NCBI GenBank assembly: GCA_015680685.1
Contig: MNCI01000415.1
Coordinates: 506,307-570,306, forward strand
DNA length: 64,000 nucleotides
Origin: Gnetum montanum
Taxonomy: Eukaryota; Plantae; Gnetophyta
Reading direction: 5' to 3'
A program made the position numbers and the translations under genes. Positions 12,804 through 24,289 of the stretch are shown here, piece after piece; positions within the stretch are counted from its first letter, which is position 1; every line of letters starts with the position of its first letter. The notes beneath the pieces are model-generated. The model was not told the origin of the DNA, ran no database searches, and saw nothing but the letters and a program-made list of their open reading frames with translations.

Positions 12804-13613
12804 TGATGAGTGGCGAGGTACCCCTACACTCAACCATACGAATACAAGTGTAACACGCACGATCAGGTCAAACTCCACAGACTAAGTGCCTATACACCTC
12901 ATGGAACACTTAAGGTTAATTATTCATTGTCTTCCCAGACTTACTTGTATTTGTTACAGTGTATGGATAAGTAAGTCCGAGGTATATGATTTTTATATCT
13001 TTTTATGTTTTATCTCCTATACTATCGAGGTGAAGGGTTGAAGAGACTAACTAACTAACTAAGTCTAAATTAACCTAGCATCAACATCCATTCCCACTTA
13101 CCGTACACACCAGCCTGAACCAATGCAACCGTGGTTACCAAACGCTAATCGTTGCTGGGATCACCACGAGTAACGCACGTGCTCGAAGTGGTCATACTGA
13201 GGCACTTAACTAGGAGAGAAGGGTGAGAGAGAAAGCAGTAAAAAACTAATAAAGCATGTAAATAATAGATAATAAATAACAATAAATAAAATCCTAATTA
13301 GCCTATTCCATGCACTGCAAGGTTTATCCAAGAAGCTCGTCTTTATTTCCGTACTAAAACTTGTGTTTAGGTACAATTTTTGCTCGAATAAAGATCTGTT
13401 CACTTTAGGACTCCTACTACGAGCACATGGAAATTAATCTATCTCTGGAGTGGAAAAACTACTAGAGTTTCACTACGGTCTAGGCCTAGATTAGGAAACA
13501 AGGGAGAGCCACCTCTTATTTATAGATATGACGGTGCACCGCGATATCGCAGGGGAAGACATGATATCGCAAGGGATGCGATATCTCAATGGCCACGATA
13601 TCACGTCCCATCA
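12804..13613 (-). repeat. 3' LTR of element B
   Basis: TGATGAGTGG...CCCATCA on + strand; direct repeat of 19109-19943; carries GCGATATCGC palindrome repeats at 13540-13605. Confidence 0.96.
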
Positions 13614-13625
13614 TACCCCCATGAC
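13614..13625 (-). promoter_or_regulatory. PPT-like tract of element B (gtcatgggggta); second internal copy at 14182-14196
   Basis: Abuts the 3' LTR; both copies also present in element A (2751-2766, 3346-3357). Confidence 0.65.
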
Positions 13626-15364
13626 TAAATGAAAACTCATCCTCAAGTTCCTTACAATAATGTCGAGAAGGTTGGGATTATTTACTCAAAAGAAAACTAA
13701 TGGGATGACTTGTGAACGGATCATCATTACAAGACTCAACAAAACTGGTGTTCATGACAACAAGAGTGAACACCTTATTACATTGACATCAAGCCTTAGT
13801 TGGCAGCTGAGAAAGAGAGAGAGAAAGAAGTGTTGCTGCTGCCAACGCCAAGATTGCACCTTTCATTGTCCATCTGTAAGCGCATCATCGATCTTGCTCC
13901 TTGCATAGCTGCTTCAGCACTGCTCCATTTCAAGTGGTCCCTCCAGATCCAGTCCATTGTTGCATGATTGCCATCTACACACACAACACAATCTTATATT
14001 AGCAAGGGTGATTGAATCATCATGTAATTGATACGGTGACTACCTGTAAGTCCATTCGCTAGGTTGTGGTATGGTTGATTGTGGATCTGGAGATGTATTA
14101 ATGGTGACTACCGAAGGTGTAGGGGTTAGGAAAAAATTGAAAAAATCGAGGCTAGGAGAAAATCGAAAAAATCGGGCCCTGTACCCCCATGACTAATCGC
14201 AAACCTCTGGTAGCGTTAGAATGGAGAAAGAAAAGGAATAAGAAATATAGATAAAAAGGGACAACTATGACATCGATGAAATGGATGTTAAGATGAAAAT
14301 GAAAAAAATAAAATAGATTGCAAAAATGCTAGGGAAAAGAAGTTAACTGGTGCACCAAATAGGAATGTCAGTGGGTCCTCCCCAAAGTAGGCTCATGCCC
14401 TTAATGCCCTGACAAACCCACATTCAAAGAGTCCGTAAGCTCTGGGAATGTCATTTGGAATAACAGTTAAAGTCTTAACCACAAGAATTTACCAAAAAGA
14501 AAACAATGCATCAACCAAAATATACACTAATGATACAACCGGCAATGAGGTGAATAATGGAGAGAAGAGCATGGAATGGAGCCTCAAGAACAAGGTGGTG
14601 TACATCCCCTTGTGTGTTTTATGATTAATGTAACTTAGCAGATCCCATTCCAAGTCTGGCCTCAAACCAACCACTTCCATTGACTTCACATCAATGCATT
14701 CGACTAATCCATAAACTTGAGTAACAAGAATGCCTTCACCGAAGAGCCAACACCATTTCGACAAAACAAATGAGGAGAGAAGGGGAAATGAGAAGGGCCT
14801 TAGTTAGAGGGAACATTTTTGGTTCCATAACCAATGCTTGTAGCCCAAGGGATTATTTCTTCTAAGGGGTGTGCTTTGAATTCTCACTTTCTTCTCTCTC
14901 TCTCTCTTTTGTTTTGTGTTTTTATGCATGAGAACCACACCATGCAAAAACTTCTTATTTTTATTTTCTCAGCTTCCTGATAATTGGGTAACATCAGAAT
15001 GGTAAGAAACTCCAGAAGAAAACATCCAAGCACCCAAGAGAACAGCCAACACAAATGCATCAAGTTCCCTTGAAGTCACACCCTTTTCAATCCTTGAGTC
15101 CTTCCTTAGTTTGAGAAATACCTAGTCATCAATTCGTTAAAGTTCTTATTAGAAAGAGACTGTACATTTCCAAGCCAAGAGAGACCATAGAAAATGGTGG
15201 ATGGATAGATGAAGTGAACTCATTGCCTGCCATATCAAAAGAAACATACCTTAGTATCAACATCATGACTTAAAGGTAAAATCCAAACATTAGTAATCAA
15301 TAGGAAACACAGTTCATACCATCATCAAGAACAATTATTGGATGACAAACTTACAGGATGGATT

Positions 15365-15398
<34 letters not shown>

Positions 15399-15448
15399 AA
15401 AGTATAACGATGTTGTTAAAAAAAAAACAAGAAAAGTTGAAGAAATTT

Positions 15449-15553
15449 GTAAAACAAAAAAAAAGTGAAAGAAATTTGTAAAACAAAAATGTGTAAGACA
15501 AAAATGTGTAAAACAAAAATATGTAAAACAAAAATGTGTAAAACAAAAATGTG
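15449..15553. repeat. Tandem ~15-bp repeat (aaaacaaaaatgtgt) next to a (CA)n microsatellite at 15365-15390
   Basis: Visible directly; homologous array and (TG)n in element A at 1436-1567. Confidence 0.9.
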
Positions 15554-15572
15554 GCTATTTGATTGGCGATGC

Positions 15573-18500
15573 TCATATTCTAATGTGTCTATGCCTTTGT
15601 TGTTGGCATGAGTCCAAATGATTAGTATAGGTGGACATCTCCCCATGACTGAATTGCAAGGGAGAGATCCGAAATAATGAGCGTCTATTTGAATTTCTTA
15701 GAAATGTCCAACTTCTCCCGATTGATGTTTTCAAATTAAGGGATGGAAGTTGGCGATGCTCATATTCTAATGTGTCTATGCCTTTGTTGTTGGCATGAGT
15801 TGTTTCCCCAGTTTGTTCCATGCATATTGGGTTGCTCTTTCTAGTAGCTGTCAACCACGAGGTGTCTACTACTGGTGTGGTTGCTACATACAGGCACCTT
15901 TGAATTTGTGTTTCTTGGGCACACCAATTATATGGAAGAGATGCTGAGCATTCTTCCATGTCATCACCCTCTGAGTCATTGTATGTGATGCATGGAACTT
16001 TCTTCTTCTCGATATTTCCATATATATTTACCTTAGATATCTCCAAGGAAAGATCGCGGATCCTTAGGCATGCATCTACTGTACTTAGCCATGCCCTTCC
16101 CATTATAATTGGGAAGTCCCCTCCATTGTTGTTGACTTCAATCACTAGGAAGTTAGCTGGGTAAGACCACCCACACACAATGGTAATGATGTTCTCCACT
16201 GATCCCAAGGAAATGATGATGGAAAAGTCTACCAACTTAAGTTGAATGTTGCTCTTCTTAAGTTGGGGTAGGTTCCAGGCTTGATACATCTCTCATGAAA
16301 TTAGGTTGACTCTAGAACCTGAGTCAAGAAGAGCCTTATGTGGTTTGTTCCTGGTGACTTGGAGATAAATTAAGGGACTCCCAGGGTCAACTAGTTTCCT
16401 GGGAAGGTGGCCTACCTTTATCCAGTCGGTTACGGTATGCATTAACATAACCATATGCATTAAGCTCTGATTTTAGACTGAAGGGTGCTCTGAAGCCTTG
16501 TGTGTCAGAGGAGTAATCATAGACTCAATCGCTCATTGTTGTGAGAGCTTATCTAGGCTTCTGGTTTTAAAAAAAATGTCTTCTCTTTTTACAGTTATCA
16601 GAACTAGCAGCAAGTTGAATGTTTACTAATCTCGTAGCATGGTGTTGCTATAGTTGAGTGGGGAGTTCCCCTTGCATTGTTGGAGCAGGTTGTATGGGAA
16701 CTACAGGTGGAAGAGGTGCAGATGGAGTTGGAGGATGGTAAGTATGTGGGGTACCTCTCGGAGGATAAGGAGTCCTCCTAAAGTACTCTTGAACTTGGTA
16801 GTGACGTTGGGGAGTTGTGTGACTCATAGAGTCACTTGGAGAAACCAGCTATTACACATAATATCCATAAGGATCTGGCTACCGGTAAGGGTACTGTCAT
16901 TTCAGCTATGGCATCCCCCATGACTGTGGATATTTCCACTACTAATGTTGTCCGATGGGTTGTGGTGGAGTTCCACTTGGATAGTACGTTAATGGTTGGT
17001 CGAACTGTCTTGGGGTACCTTGAGGATAAGGTAACCGTTGGGGTGTTTGCCATTTGTTGAGTCTCAGGTTGAGTGCATACACCCCAGACTCTTGTAGATG
17101 TGAGATGATTGGACAACATCCCTTAGGATGGTCATAATGGCAAATCTCACATCCACCATCATCGTCTATGTCTGAATCCACAACCTCATCGAAGATAGTA
17201 ATTTTCCCCTTACCCTTGTTATGTGTAGGGCCTAAATCTCTCTGCTTTGTCTTGTTCTTGTCACTACTTTGTTCCTCCTTAGACTCCTCTACGATTTTTA
17301 AGACAATTTCAAGTCTGGAGTCTAAGGAATCCCACAATTGATCTACCTTAGCCGATACTTCGGTTGTTATTTTTTGAATTGGCAAGGTTTTTTTATTCAC
17401 CAACTCTTCGAGTGGTGACTCATCCTCCTCATCACAAAATCTTACTCCCTTCTTTCAAAGGGAAGAATCACGATTGTATTCTTCCATACTCTCTCTTTTT
17501 CATAGTTCACCTTCTTCTTTTGCTACTTGTTCCAACAAGTGATGTATCTCATGGGATCTAAGTTCTGATAATCTCCCTTGGGCATAAGTCCCAAGGGTTC
17601 TCCTAGTTTCATACCTTAGCCCATCTATGATGTGGCAGAGTTGATCCTACTGTGCGTATCCATGGCTTAAGCAATAATGTAACAATGCATAGTAGTGGCC
17701 CATGGCAGCATCCAAGGGTTCATGAGTACCTTGCTTCCATCCTTGGATCTACTTATGTAAATTAGACACTCTGGAGTATGTTTGATATTTATCGTTGAAG
17801 AGTTCTAACATCGTACTCCACCTCCTAATGGTTTCCAGTTCTAAGGACCGGTACCAACTCTCTGCTTCCTTGATGAGTGTCCTGGGAAACAACTTTAGTT
17901 TCTGCCACTCGTTTTCTATGTTTTGCAAGGCAAAAGCATCGTGGAATTCCTGTAAATGATGCTGCGGATCAGCGTTGTATCCCCCTTCGAAGCATGGGAT
18001 ATTATTCATGTCTAAGCGCTTGATCCAACTATCTTTTAAATGCCTTGTTAGTATTCTTACAGCCTCCGTTGTATCGCGCATACTTCGGGTGGCAAGTAGG
18101 GGCTCTTCATGATCATCTCTTTCATGATGCCTATGATGTCTTCATTATTCCCTACTTTCCCTTCGTTCATGCCCTTGTCCTCTCTCTCGAATCTCTCGTC
18201 AAGGTCTCTCATTTTGTCTACCTCTATCCTCACCGTTATGTTCGTGATGGTTGCACCTAGATGTGGAAGGAGAGGGTGAATGATGTAAAGAAGGTGAAGA
18301 ATAAGGAGAACCATCATCATGACAATGTTTCCTACCTTCTCTTCTATGGCTTCGGTCTCGATTGTGATGACGATTTGAGTGCCCATCCTTGTTGTATGTT
18401 GTTGTTCCCTCAATGAACAGTTGGTGTTCACGGGGATTAGAACCAGGGTTGTGTATCGTGGAGCGTAGGTTCTAATACCCCACCTCCTCACTATCGTTAG

Positions 18501-18963
18501 GAGGGGGAACATCTTTTGATAGAGAACCCATTATAAGTGGTTCACCATCTCCGATTTCACTTAGGACGTGCGGGACCTCCTTGCCCTTCAACAGTGTATG
18601 TTGGCTCTCCTGCCTTGAGTCCCTCATACATTGTAAAGTTGTAGGATGATAATCCCTTGAGTCAAAACCTGCTGCAATGTATTCGGCATATAATTCCATC
18701 ATGCCGATCTGTGCCAAAGCATGGAGAAGCATGTTGGGGACTGCATGATCCGGAGGTAACATGATGTTACCTTGCAAATCCCTCCAATGCATCTGTTCAT
18801 CTTGATGGAGGATAAAAGTAAAGTTAGGTATATACTCATCGGGATGAGTATATGTCAACCTATATTGTTGAGGAACTGATAGATTTAGGTTATGTGTTTG
18901 ATGCTGCTGACTGTCCTTTGTATTATCCCTAGGTGGTGAATTGCTCTTATGAGAAGAAGACAT
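15573..18963 (-). pseudogene. Disrupted gag-protease polyprotein of element B
   Basis: Gag core IPCFEGGYNADPQHHLQEF...KLKLFPRTLIKEAESWYRSL (17749-18081). Aspartic protease KALLDSGSRVNLIS near 16295-16337, followed by PIIMGRAWLST. Stops and frameshifts present. Confidence 0.9.
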
Positions 18964-19089
18964 TGTTATTTATCGGTGTGCTATTTTACCGTTATATAAA
19001 TTTTTCTTATTTAATCAACCCTAAGGTTTGTTTAAGCTCCCAATGATGCAAGTGATATCCTATGTTCTACTTAGCACACAAACACTTAG

Positions 19090-19108
19090 TCCCCGACAAC
19101 GACACCTA
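19090..19108 (-). promoter_or_regulatory. Primer binding site, tRNA-Asp-like
   Basis: Minus strand reads taggtgtcgttgtcgggga, a C>T-decayed form of the Athila PBS TGGCGCCGTTGCCGGGGA, next to the 5' LTR. Confidence 0.8.
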
Positions 19109-19943
19109 TGATGAGTGGTGAGGTACCCCTACACTCAACCATACAAATACGAGCATAACACGCACGATCCGGTCGAACTCCACAAACTAAGTGCCTACAC
19201 GCCTCATGGAACACTTAAGGTTAATTATTCGTTGTCTTCCCAAACTTACTTGTATTTGTCACGGTGTATGGTTAAGTAAGTCCAAGGTATATGATTTTTA
19301 TATCTTTTTATGTTTTATCTCCTATGCTATCGAGGTGAAGGGTTGAAGAGACTAACTAACTAACTCTAACTAACTAACTAAGTCTAAATTAACCTAGCAT
19401 CAACATCCGTTCCCACTTACCATACACACCCTGAACCAATGCAACCGTCATTACCAAACGCTAATCATTGCTGGGATCACCACGCATAACGCACATGCTC
19501 GAAGTGGTCGTACTAAGGCACTTAACTAGGAGAGAAGGGTGAGAGAGAAAGCAGTAAATAACTAATAAAGCATGTAAATAATAGATAATAAATAACAATA
19601 AATAAAATCCTAATTAGCCTATTCCATGCACTACAAGGTCTATCCAAGAAGCTCGTCTTTATTTCCGTAGACAAACTTGTGTTCAGGTACAATGTTTGCT
19701 CGAATAAAGATCCGTTCACTTTAGGACTCCTACTGTGGGCACATGGAAATTAATCTATCTCTGGAGTGGAAAAACTGCCAGAGTTTCGCTATGGTCTAGG
19801 CCTAGATTAGGAAACAAGGGAGAGCCACCTCTTATTTATAGATATGAAGGCACATTGCGATATCGCAAGGGAAGACGCGATATTGCGACGGCCATGATAT
19901 TGCATACATGATATTGCAGCCCATGCGATATTGCATCCCATCA
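19109..19943 (-). repeat. 5' LTR of element B
   Basis: Direct repeat of 12804-13613 (about 90-95% by eye, mostly transitions). Confidence 0.96.
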
Positions 19944-22609
19944 GTGCTCATAGTGATAATCGTGACCTCACCATGGGTCATAATCTAAAGGAAAATTAGG
20001 GTATGATGGTGGTAGTCAAGTTTGTAGTTTATGCTGGTTCAATTGATAACAACTAGGATAGAATGAAAAGGGGTTTGATACATATGTTGGATGGTTATTA
20101 ATGACTTGTGTGCATGATTTTAAGATGTGTTAAGTATGCTTTGAGTATGTGCCTTATAGGGTAATGTATTGCATGGTGTTTGTGATTGTAAGATCTTTTT
20201 GATAAGGCATATAATTTGAAGTTGTTTGATGCACATGACTTCGTTGTGAGTTTGAGGATGAGAAACTTAAGTTAGTCTAGTTGGATATATGACCATTTGA
20301 CAATGCATGAAGCACTTATTGCTTATGGTTAGTTAATGCATAGAGTTGACATTAGGATGAGGACTAGTTGGTGATAAGGCATCTTGAAGGTAGTTTTGAA
20401 TTAACCCCTACTATGATGCATCATTAAGACTCTTATCTTAAATCTTATATTAAGAGTAGGAAAGTATAGGTATGATCATCCTTATCAATAATATGAGATT
20501 TAGGAGAGTCATAGATTATGCTTATGACCTACCTTCTAGAAGGCTAGTTACTTTGGGTCATACGCAAATGTGCACTAGCATCAATTAGGATAATAACAAG
20601 ACTAATAAAAAAACTGTAAGCATATGATTATGAGTAGTTGTGGCAATGATTACACATACTATACTTAGTGTGGATATGTCAACTGCTACATGGATTGTGT
20701 GTGTATTTGATATTGTGTACTTAATTGTTTATGACATGATTTAGCATGTCAATGTTTGAGGTTTATGCATTGATTCCTTGAGGCACAGGTTGTCATTTGG
20801 AAGTGTTGGTCTATGCTTTGCTTAATAAAGTTATATCACAAGTCATTGTGTTAACATCTAAATATAATGTGATATTCATGTAGTGTGCTTGTATGAGGTA
20901 CATGAGTTATGACTTAAGCTTATAAGTATGATATATGAGATTGGTGATTGTGTTTGATGCTTCTATTTGGCTTATGCTTAAGAAGCGTAGATTGCATATG
21001 GACTAACTCTTGATGCAAGATGCTCTATTTCCTCCATCCTCTACTCTAGTGTAGCATCTATCAAACATTATAGCAAGGAAAGTGCAAAGGTTTCCCACTT
21101 AGTTTATACTAGTTATATCTTATGCAAGTGATGGAGTAAGGAGTGTTGAAGATTTCTAGGATTAAGGGGGCAGGTAGAGTTATGATTTCTCTATACATTT
21201 TTGTACTCTTGTACATGTTTGTATGTGAGATGGATGTAATTGCTCATGGTTTTGGTATAGACATCCACTAAGCTAGTTAGACATGTTGCATCTATTCCTA
21301 GGAGTATTAGAGCACATGGTAAATTTAATTTATGTCTTGTTATATATATGTGTGTGTGTGTATATACACATGTATATGGATACTATGCCTTATACCTTTT
21401 AATTGGCTTTAGCTTGTGAGGATGATGTGTGTATATAGAGCAATTGATTATGGTTGTGGCTATGCTTTTGAATATTGCTTCACAATTTTAATTTATTTTT
21501 TTTCCTTTTTGCTGTGTTCTTGGTATATCTTGAGTTTTCATATTTCTCTTTTTACTTATTGATTACAAGCATAGCACTTGTGTTACAGTTCTTAAAATAG
21601 GAAGATGATGGTTAAGTTAGCATGGAACCCAAGTGGATTTCCATATTCTCTCTACCTCCTGTTTTGGAAGAGAAGCATCCTTTGGACACCAACAAGGCAT
21701 ACTTTCTACAATATATATCTTTATAATGAATAAAAGTAGATATCTTATTTGCAATAGCATCATCAATTTAATAATTAATACAAGAATTTAGGATTAATTT
21801 AGAATTTTCCAATGGGGAAAGTAATTTAGGGAGTTATAGCTAAATATTATGTTCAAATTTTAAATTGTAGAATAAAGGAGTATGTTAGATTAGTGTACTT
21901 GTTGGAATTGAACTATGTGTGTTGAGGAATATCTCATCATCACAATTTTTTAAAATTATTCTATAAGTAATAAGATGAAACTAAAATGCCAATAAAAGCA
22001 AAGGATTCAGTGGTAGAAAACTAGACACCCACAAAGATAATGGTTGTTAATTATTAAAGGTACCTAATAATACATAAAGGTAGAGGAGGAGCAATACGAA
22101 ATGGTATAAAGGTAGGGTTGTTAAGGTGAACTAAAACCACAAAAAAGATAATCCAGCAAACAATAAACATGAGCCTGGGGTTTACAAAGTGATCCCCTAA
22201 GTCAATAATAACTTGAAAAAATAGAGAAGCAAATTGCATCCCCTTAGTATTAAAATTTAAAAAACTCCAAAGCTCCATGATCCATACTTGTCAAAAGAAC
22301 TTTATATTGTTTTTAAAGTAACACCTAGTAACATAATCAAATGCACTTCCATGCGGAATACTTAATACGGTCCGTAAATTTTGCACAAGTAAGGAGAGTT
22401 TTCCTTGGTGTTAGCTGCTATGTATTATTACTCTTTACCTACCATTGATTTCGATTTGATTTTGCTTGTGCGCCACCACCTAACCAGGGCTGACGGGGGA
22501 CAATTTGTGCGAACAAATTACCATAAATGGCTGTGCCCTGCTCAAACATCAAGCCAAGGCTCATCACGGACAACGGCAGCACCACAGCGCAGCAGCAGCA
22601 GCCGCAGCC

Positions 22610-23659
22610 ATGTCTATGTGCGGCAGTCTGAACCTCAACCTCGCCATCGCCGCAGTCATCATCCTCGCGACGGCAGCGGCGACGATGGGATCCGAGGCAG
22701 CGCCTCAAGGTGCCTGGGACTGGATAGCCGTGGCGCCGTACATGAGCGACGCGCAGTGGCAATCACATGTGCTGCCGTTGGCAAGCCTTGTGGGCAACAC
22801 CTACACCTACCCCGCGGCCGTGCAGCGGGTGCAAGGCTGGGCTCTGTCCGAGCGCGTGGGCGCGCTAAATGCCGATGGGGCGGGACAAAAAGCGCAGACG
22901 TACTTCAACGCCAGAGCCAACGCGGTGGCCATTGCTCTGCGCGGCGCCGTGGACGAGGCCGACAACTGCGCCGTGCTGATGCTGCTGTGCGGAGTAAAGT
23001 ACAGGGCGCTACCGACCGTGTGCGGTGCCTACAGCAGCGCCACGCTGGACTACTGGTCACAGGCTACGGCGTACACGCGGCGCGTCACGGCCGCCTATCC
23101 CGGGAGCGCCGTGGCGGTGGTGGGCCACAGCTTAGGCGCTGCCGTTGCCATCGGCGCGGCCGAGCAACTTTCGCTGGAGAAGACCGAGGGCGAGGGCGAG
23201 GGCGAGGGCGAGGGCGTGGGCGAGGGCGTCAGCGTGGTGGGTTTCAGTAGTCCCGGCAGCGCCTTTGGTCTGCAAAAGCGGCTCGGTCTGAACGCCACGG
23301 CTTTGGAGCGTGCGCTGCGGCGACGGGTGATTAGCGTGGTCAATGAGTGGGACGCGCTGGTGCAAGCTAGCAGGGTCTTCTGGGTGGGCCCCGTCTGCGT
23401 CTACGGTGGGCCCCAACCCAGGTCTTGCGCCCAGTGCGTGGCCCAATCCCCCGCCACTTCTTTGGTGTTGTCGGTGTGCTTGTCGTGGGCAGAAAATATG
23501 GGTCCCCCAAAAGGAGTGTGTGGAGAGTGCGCCGCCCACAGTCATGGCATGGACATCATACAGACACTCATTCGCTCCGGAGGACGCCGCTGGTGGGTCC
23601 ATGTAACTGCTGCTCCTGCGTCTTCGGCTGAGGCTGCTATGGCCGTGGCCGCACAGTAA
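22610..23659 (+). CDS. Intronless alpha/beta-hydrolase, class-3 lipase, Atg15-like; N-terminal signal peptide/anchor (349 aa)
   Basis: Open frame from ATG 22610 (the track's 22505 start is TTG). Hydrophobic N-terminus LAIAAVIILATAAA; IALRG oxyanion strand; nucleophile elbow GHSLG at 23123-23137; FSSPG; NEWD (candidate Asp); GPVCVY; HSHGM (candidate His). Strong GC3 bias; cataaat near 22522. Confidence 0.9.
   Translation: MSMCGSLNLNLAIAAVIILATAAATMGSEAAPQGAWDWIAVAPYMSDAQWQSHVLPLASLVGNTYTYPAAVQRVQGWALSERVGALNADGAGQKAQTYFNARANAVAIALRGAVDEADNCAVLMLLCGVKYRALPTVCGAYSSATLDYWSQATAYTRRVTAAYPGSAVAVVGHSLGAAVAIGAAEQLSLEKTEGEGEGEGEGVGEGVSVVGFSSPGSAFGLQKRLGLNATALERALRRRVISVVNEWDALVQASRVFWVGPVCVYGGPQPRSCAQCVAQSPATSLVLSVCLSWAENMGPPKGVCGECAAHSHGMDIIQTLIRSGGRRWWVHVTAAPASSAEAAMAVAAQ
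23186..23227 (+). repeat. Coding hexamer repeat (GAGGGC)n giving an EGEGEG tract
   Basis: Visible directly, in frame. Confidence 0.95.
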
Positions 23660-24289
23660 GGAAGAGCCACACGTACGGCACGGTAAGTTAGTAAAAAGAT
23701 ATATCCAAATCATCTGCCTTAGTTTTAATACTTTCCATAACAATGGTTCATTGATGGATGAGATCTTGTGGTATCTCTTTAATGGAAGTGTACTTAGTGT
23801 TGCTTGGTAGAATTAAACTTGTGACCTAGGGTTACTAAGCTGAGATTTTTACTACTAAGCTAACATCTCATTGTCCTTTCTTGTGTTATTTTTTCTTGCA
23901 ACGGTTCACAATCATTACTTCTTGGTATTATGTTTTTTCTTTGATTTATTTGTTTTTAATGAAATTAGTGTTTTGCTTAAACTTGTTTGTCCACTTAACA
24001 GTTTTATCTCTTGTTTTGATTTTTCAAGAAAGGAATATATGATTTATTTCTCTATTTTTTGTTCCTCAATTCTACATTGTCATTCATGATTAGGGTTAAT
24101 GAAAAAACATAGAAATAATATGTTAAAATGAGTTGGATTGACTAGCATGGCTAGAAAATCATTAATTAAGAAGGCTTTAAACATTTTATGAAGTTGGGTA
24201 TTGCATTAAGAATAAATCATTTGAAGCATAAATAAGTTGGCTACATTTATGAGTATTTGTTGACATAGCCTCGTCAATAAGTATGCATT

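Larger units (their letters stand above)
12804..19943 (-). mobile_element. Full-length non-autonomous Athila-like Gypsy LTR retrotransposon B (7140 bp; gag + protease only)
   Basis: Two TG...CA LTRs; 5-bp TSD GTGCT at 12799-12803 and 19944-19948; single GTGCT at the empty site in the mirror arm (32910-32914); tRNA-Asp-like PBS; no RT/RH/INT motifs. Confidence 0.96.
12000..21587 (+). mobile_element. Long LTR-like segment (possibly chromovirus/Tekay-type) that hosts element B; 5' boundary uncertain
   Basis: Non-coding; CpG-decayed GC patch at 12300-12545; ends GTGTTACA at 21587; contiguous in the mirror arm (~31275-33770). No TSD found. Confidence 0.35.
4165..23510. repeat. Left arm of large inverted duplication (excluding later insertion 12804-19948)
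   Basis: Collinear reverse-complement similarity to 29901-41578, roughly 85-90% by eye. Paired ORFs: 5197-/40220+, 6270+/39272-, 8424+/37044-, 11650-/33913+, 11057-/34299+. Confidence 0.97.

Noticed and set aside
15449-15553. CRISPR-like array here or at 50040-50430 and 56940-58340
   Set aside because: Degenerate tandem or dispersed motifs without unique regular spacers; no cas genes; eukaryotic TE context.
22610-23659. Microbial contamination as the source of the GC-rich ORF
   Set aside because: It is contiguous with plant TE DNA without gaps, and a decayed copy with the same flank lies 6 kb away.
22405-23743. Overlapping alternative-frame and antisense ORFs (22405+, 22439-, 23095-, 23132-, 23343+, 23425+)
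   Set aside because: Shadow frames expected from stop-poor GC-rich coding DNA; no motifs.
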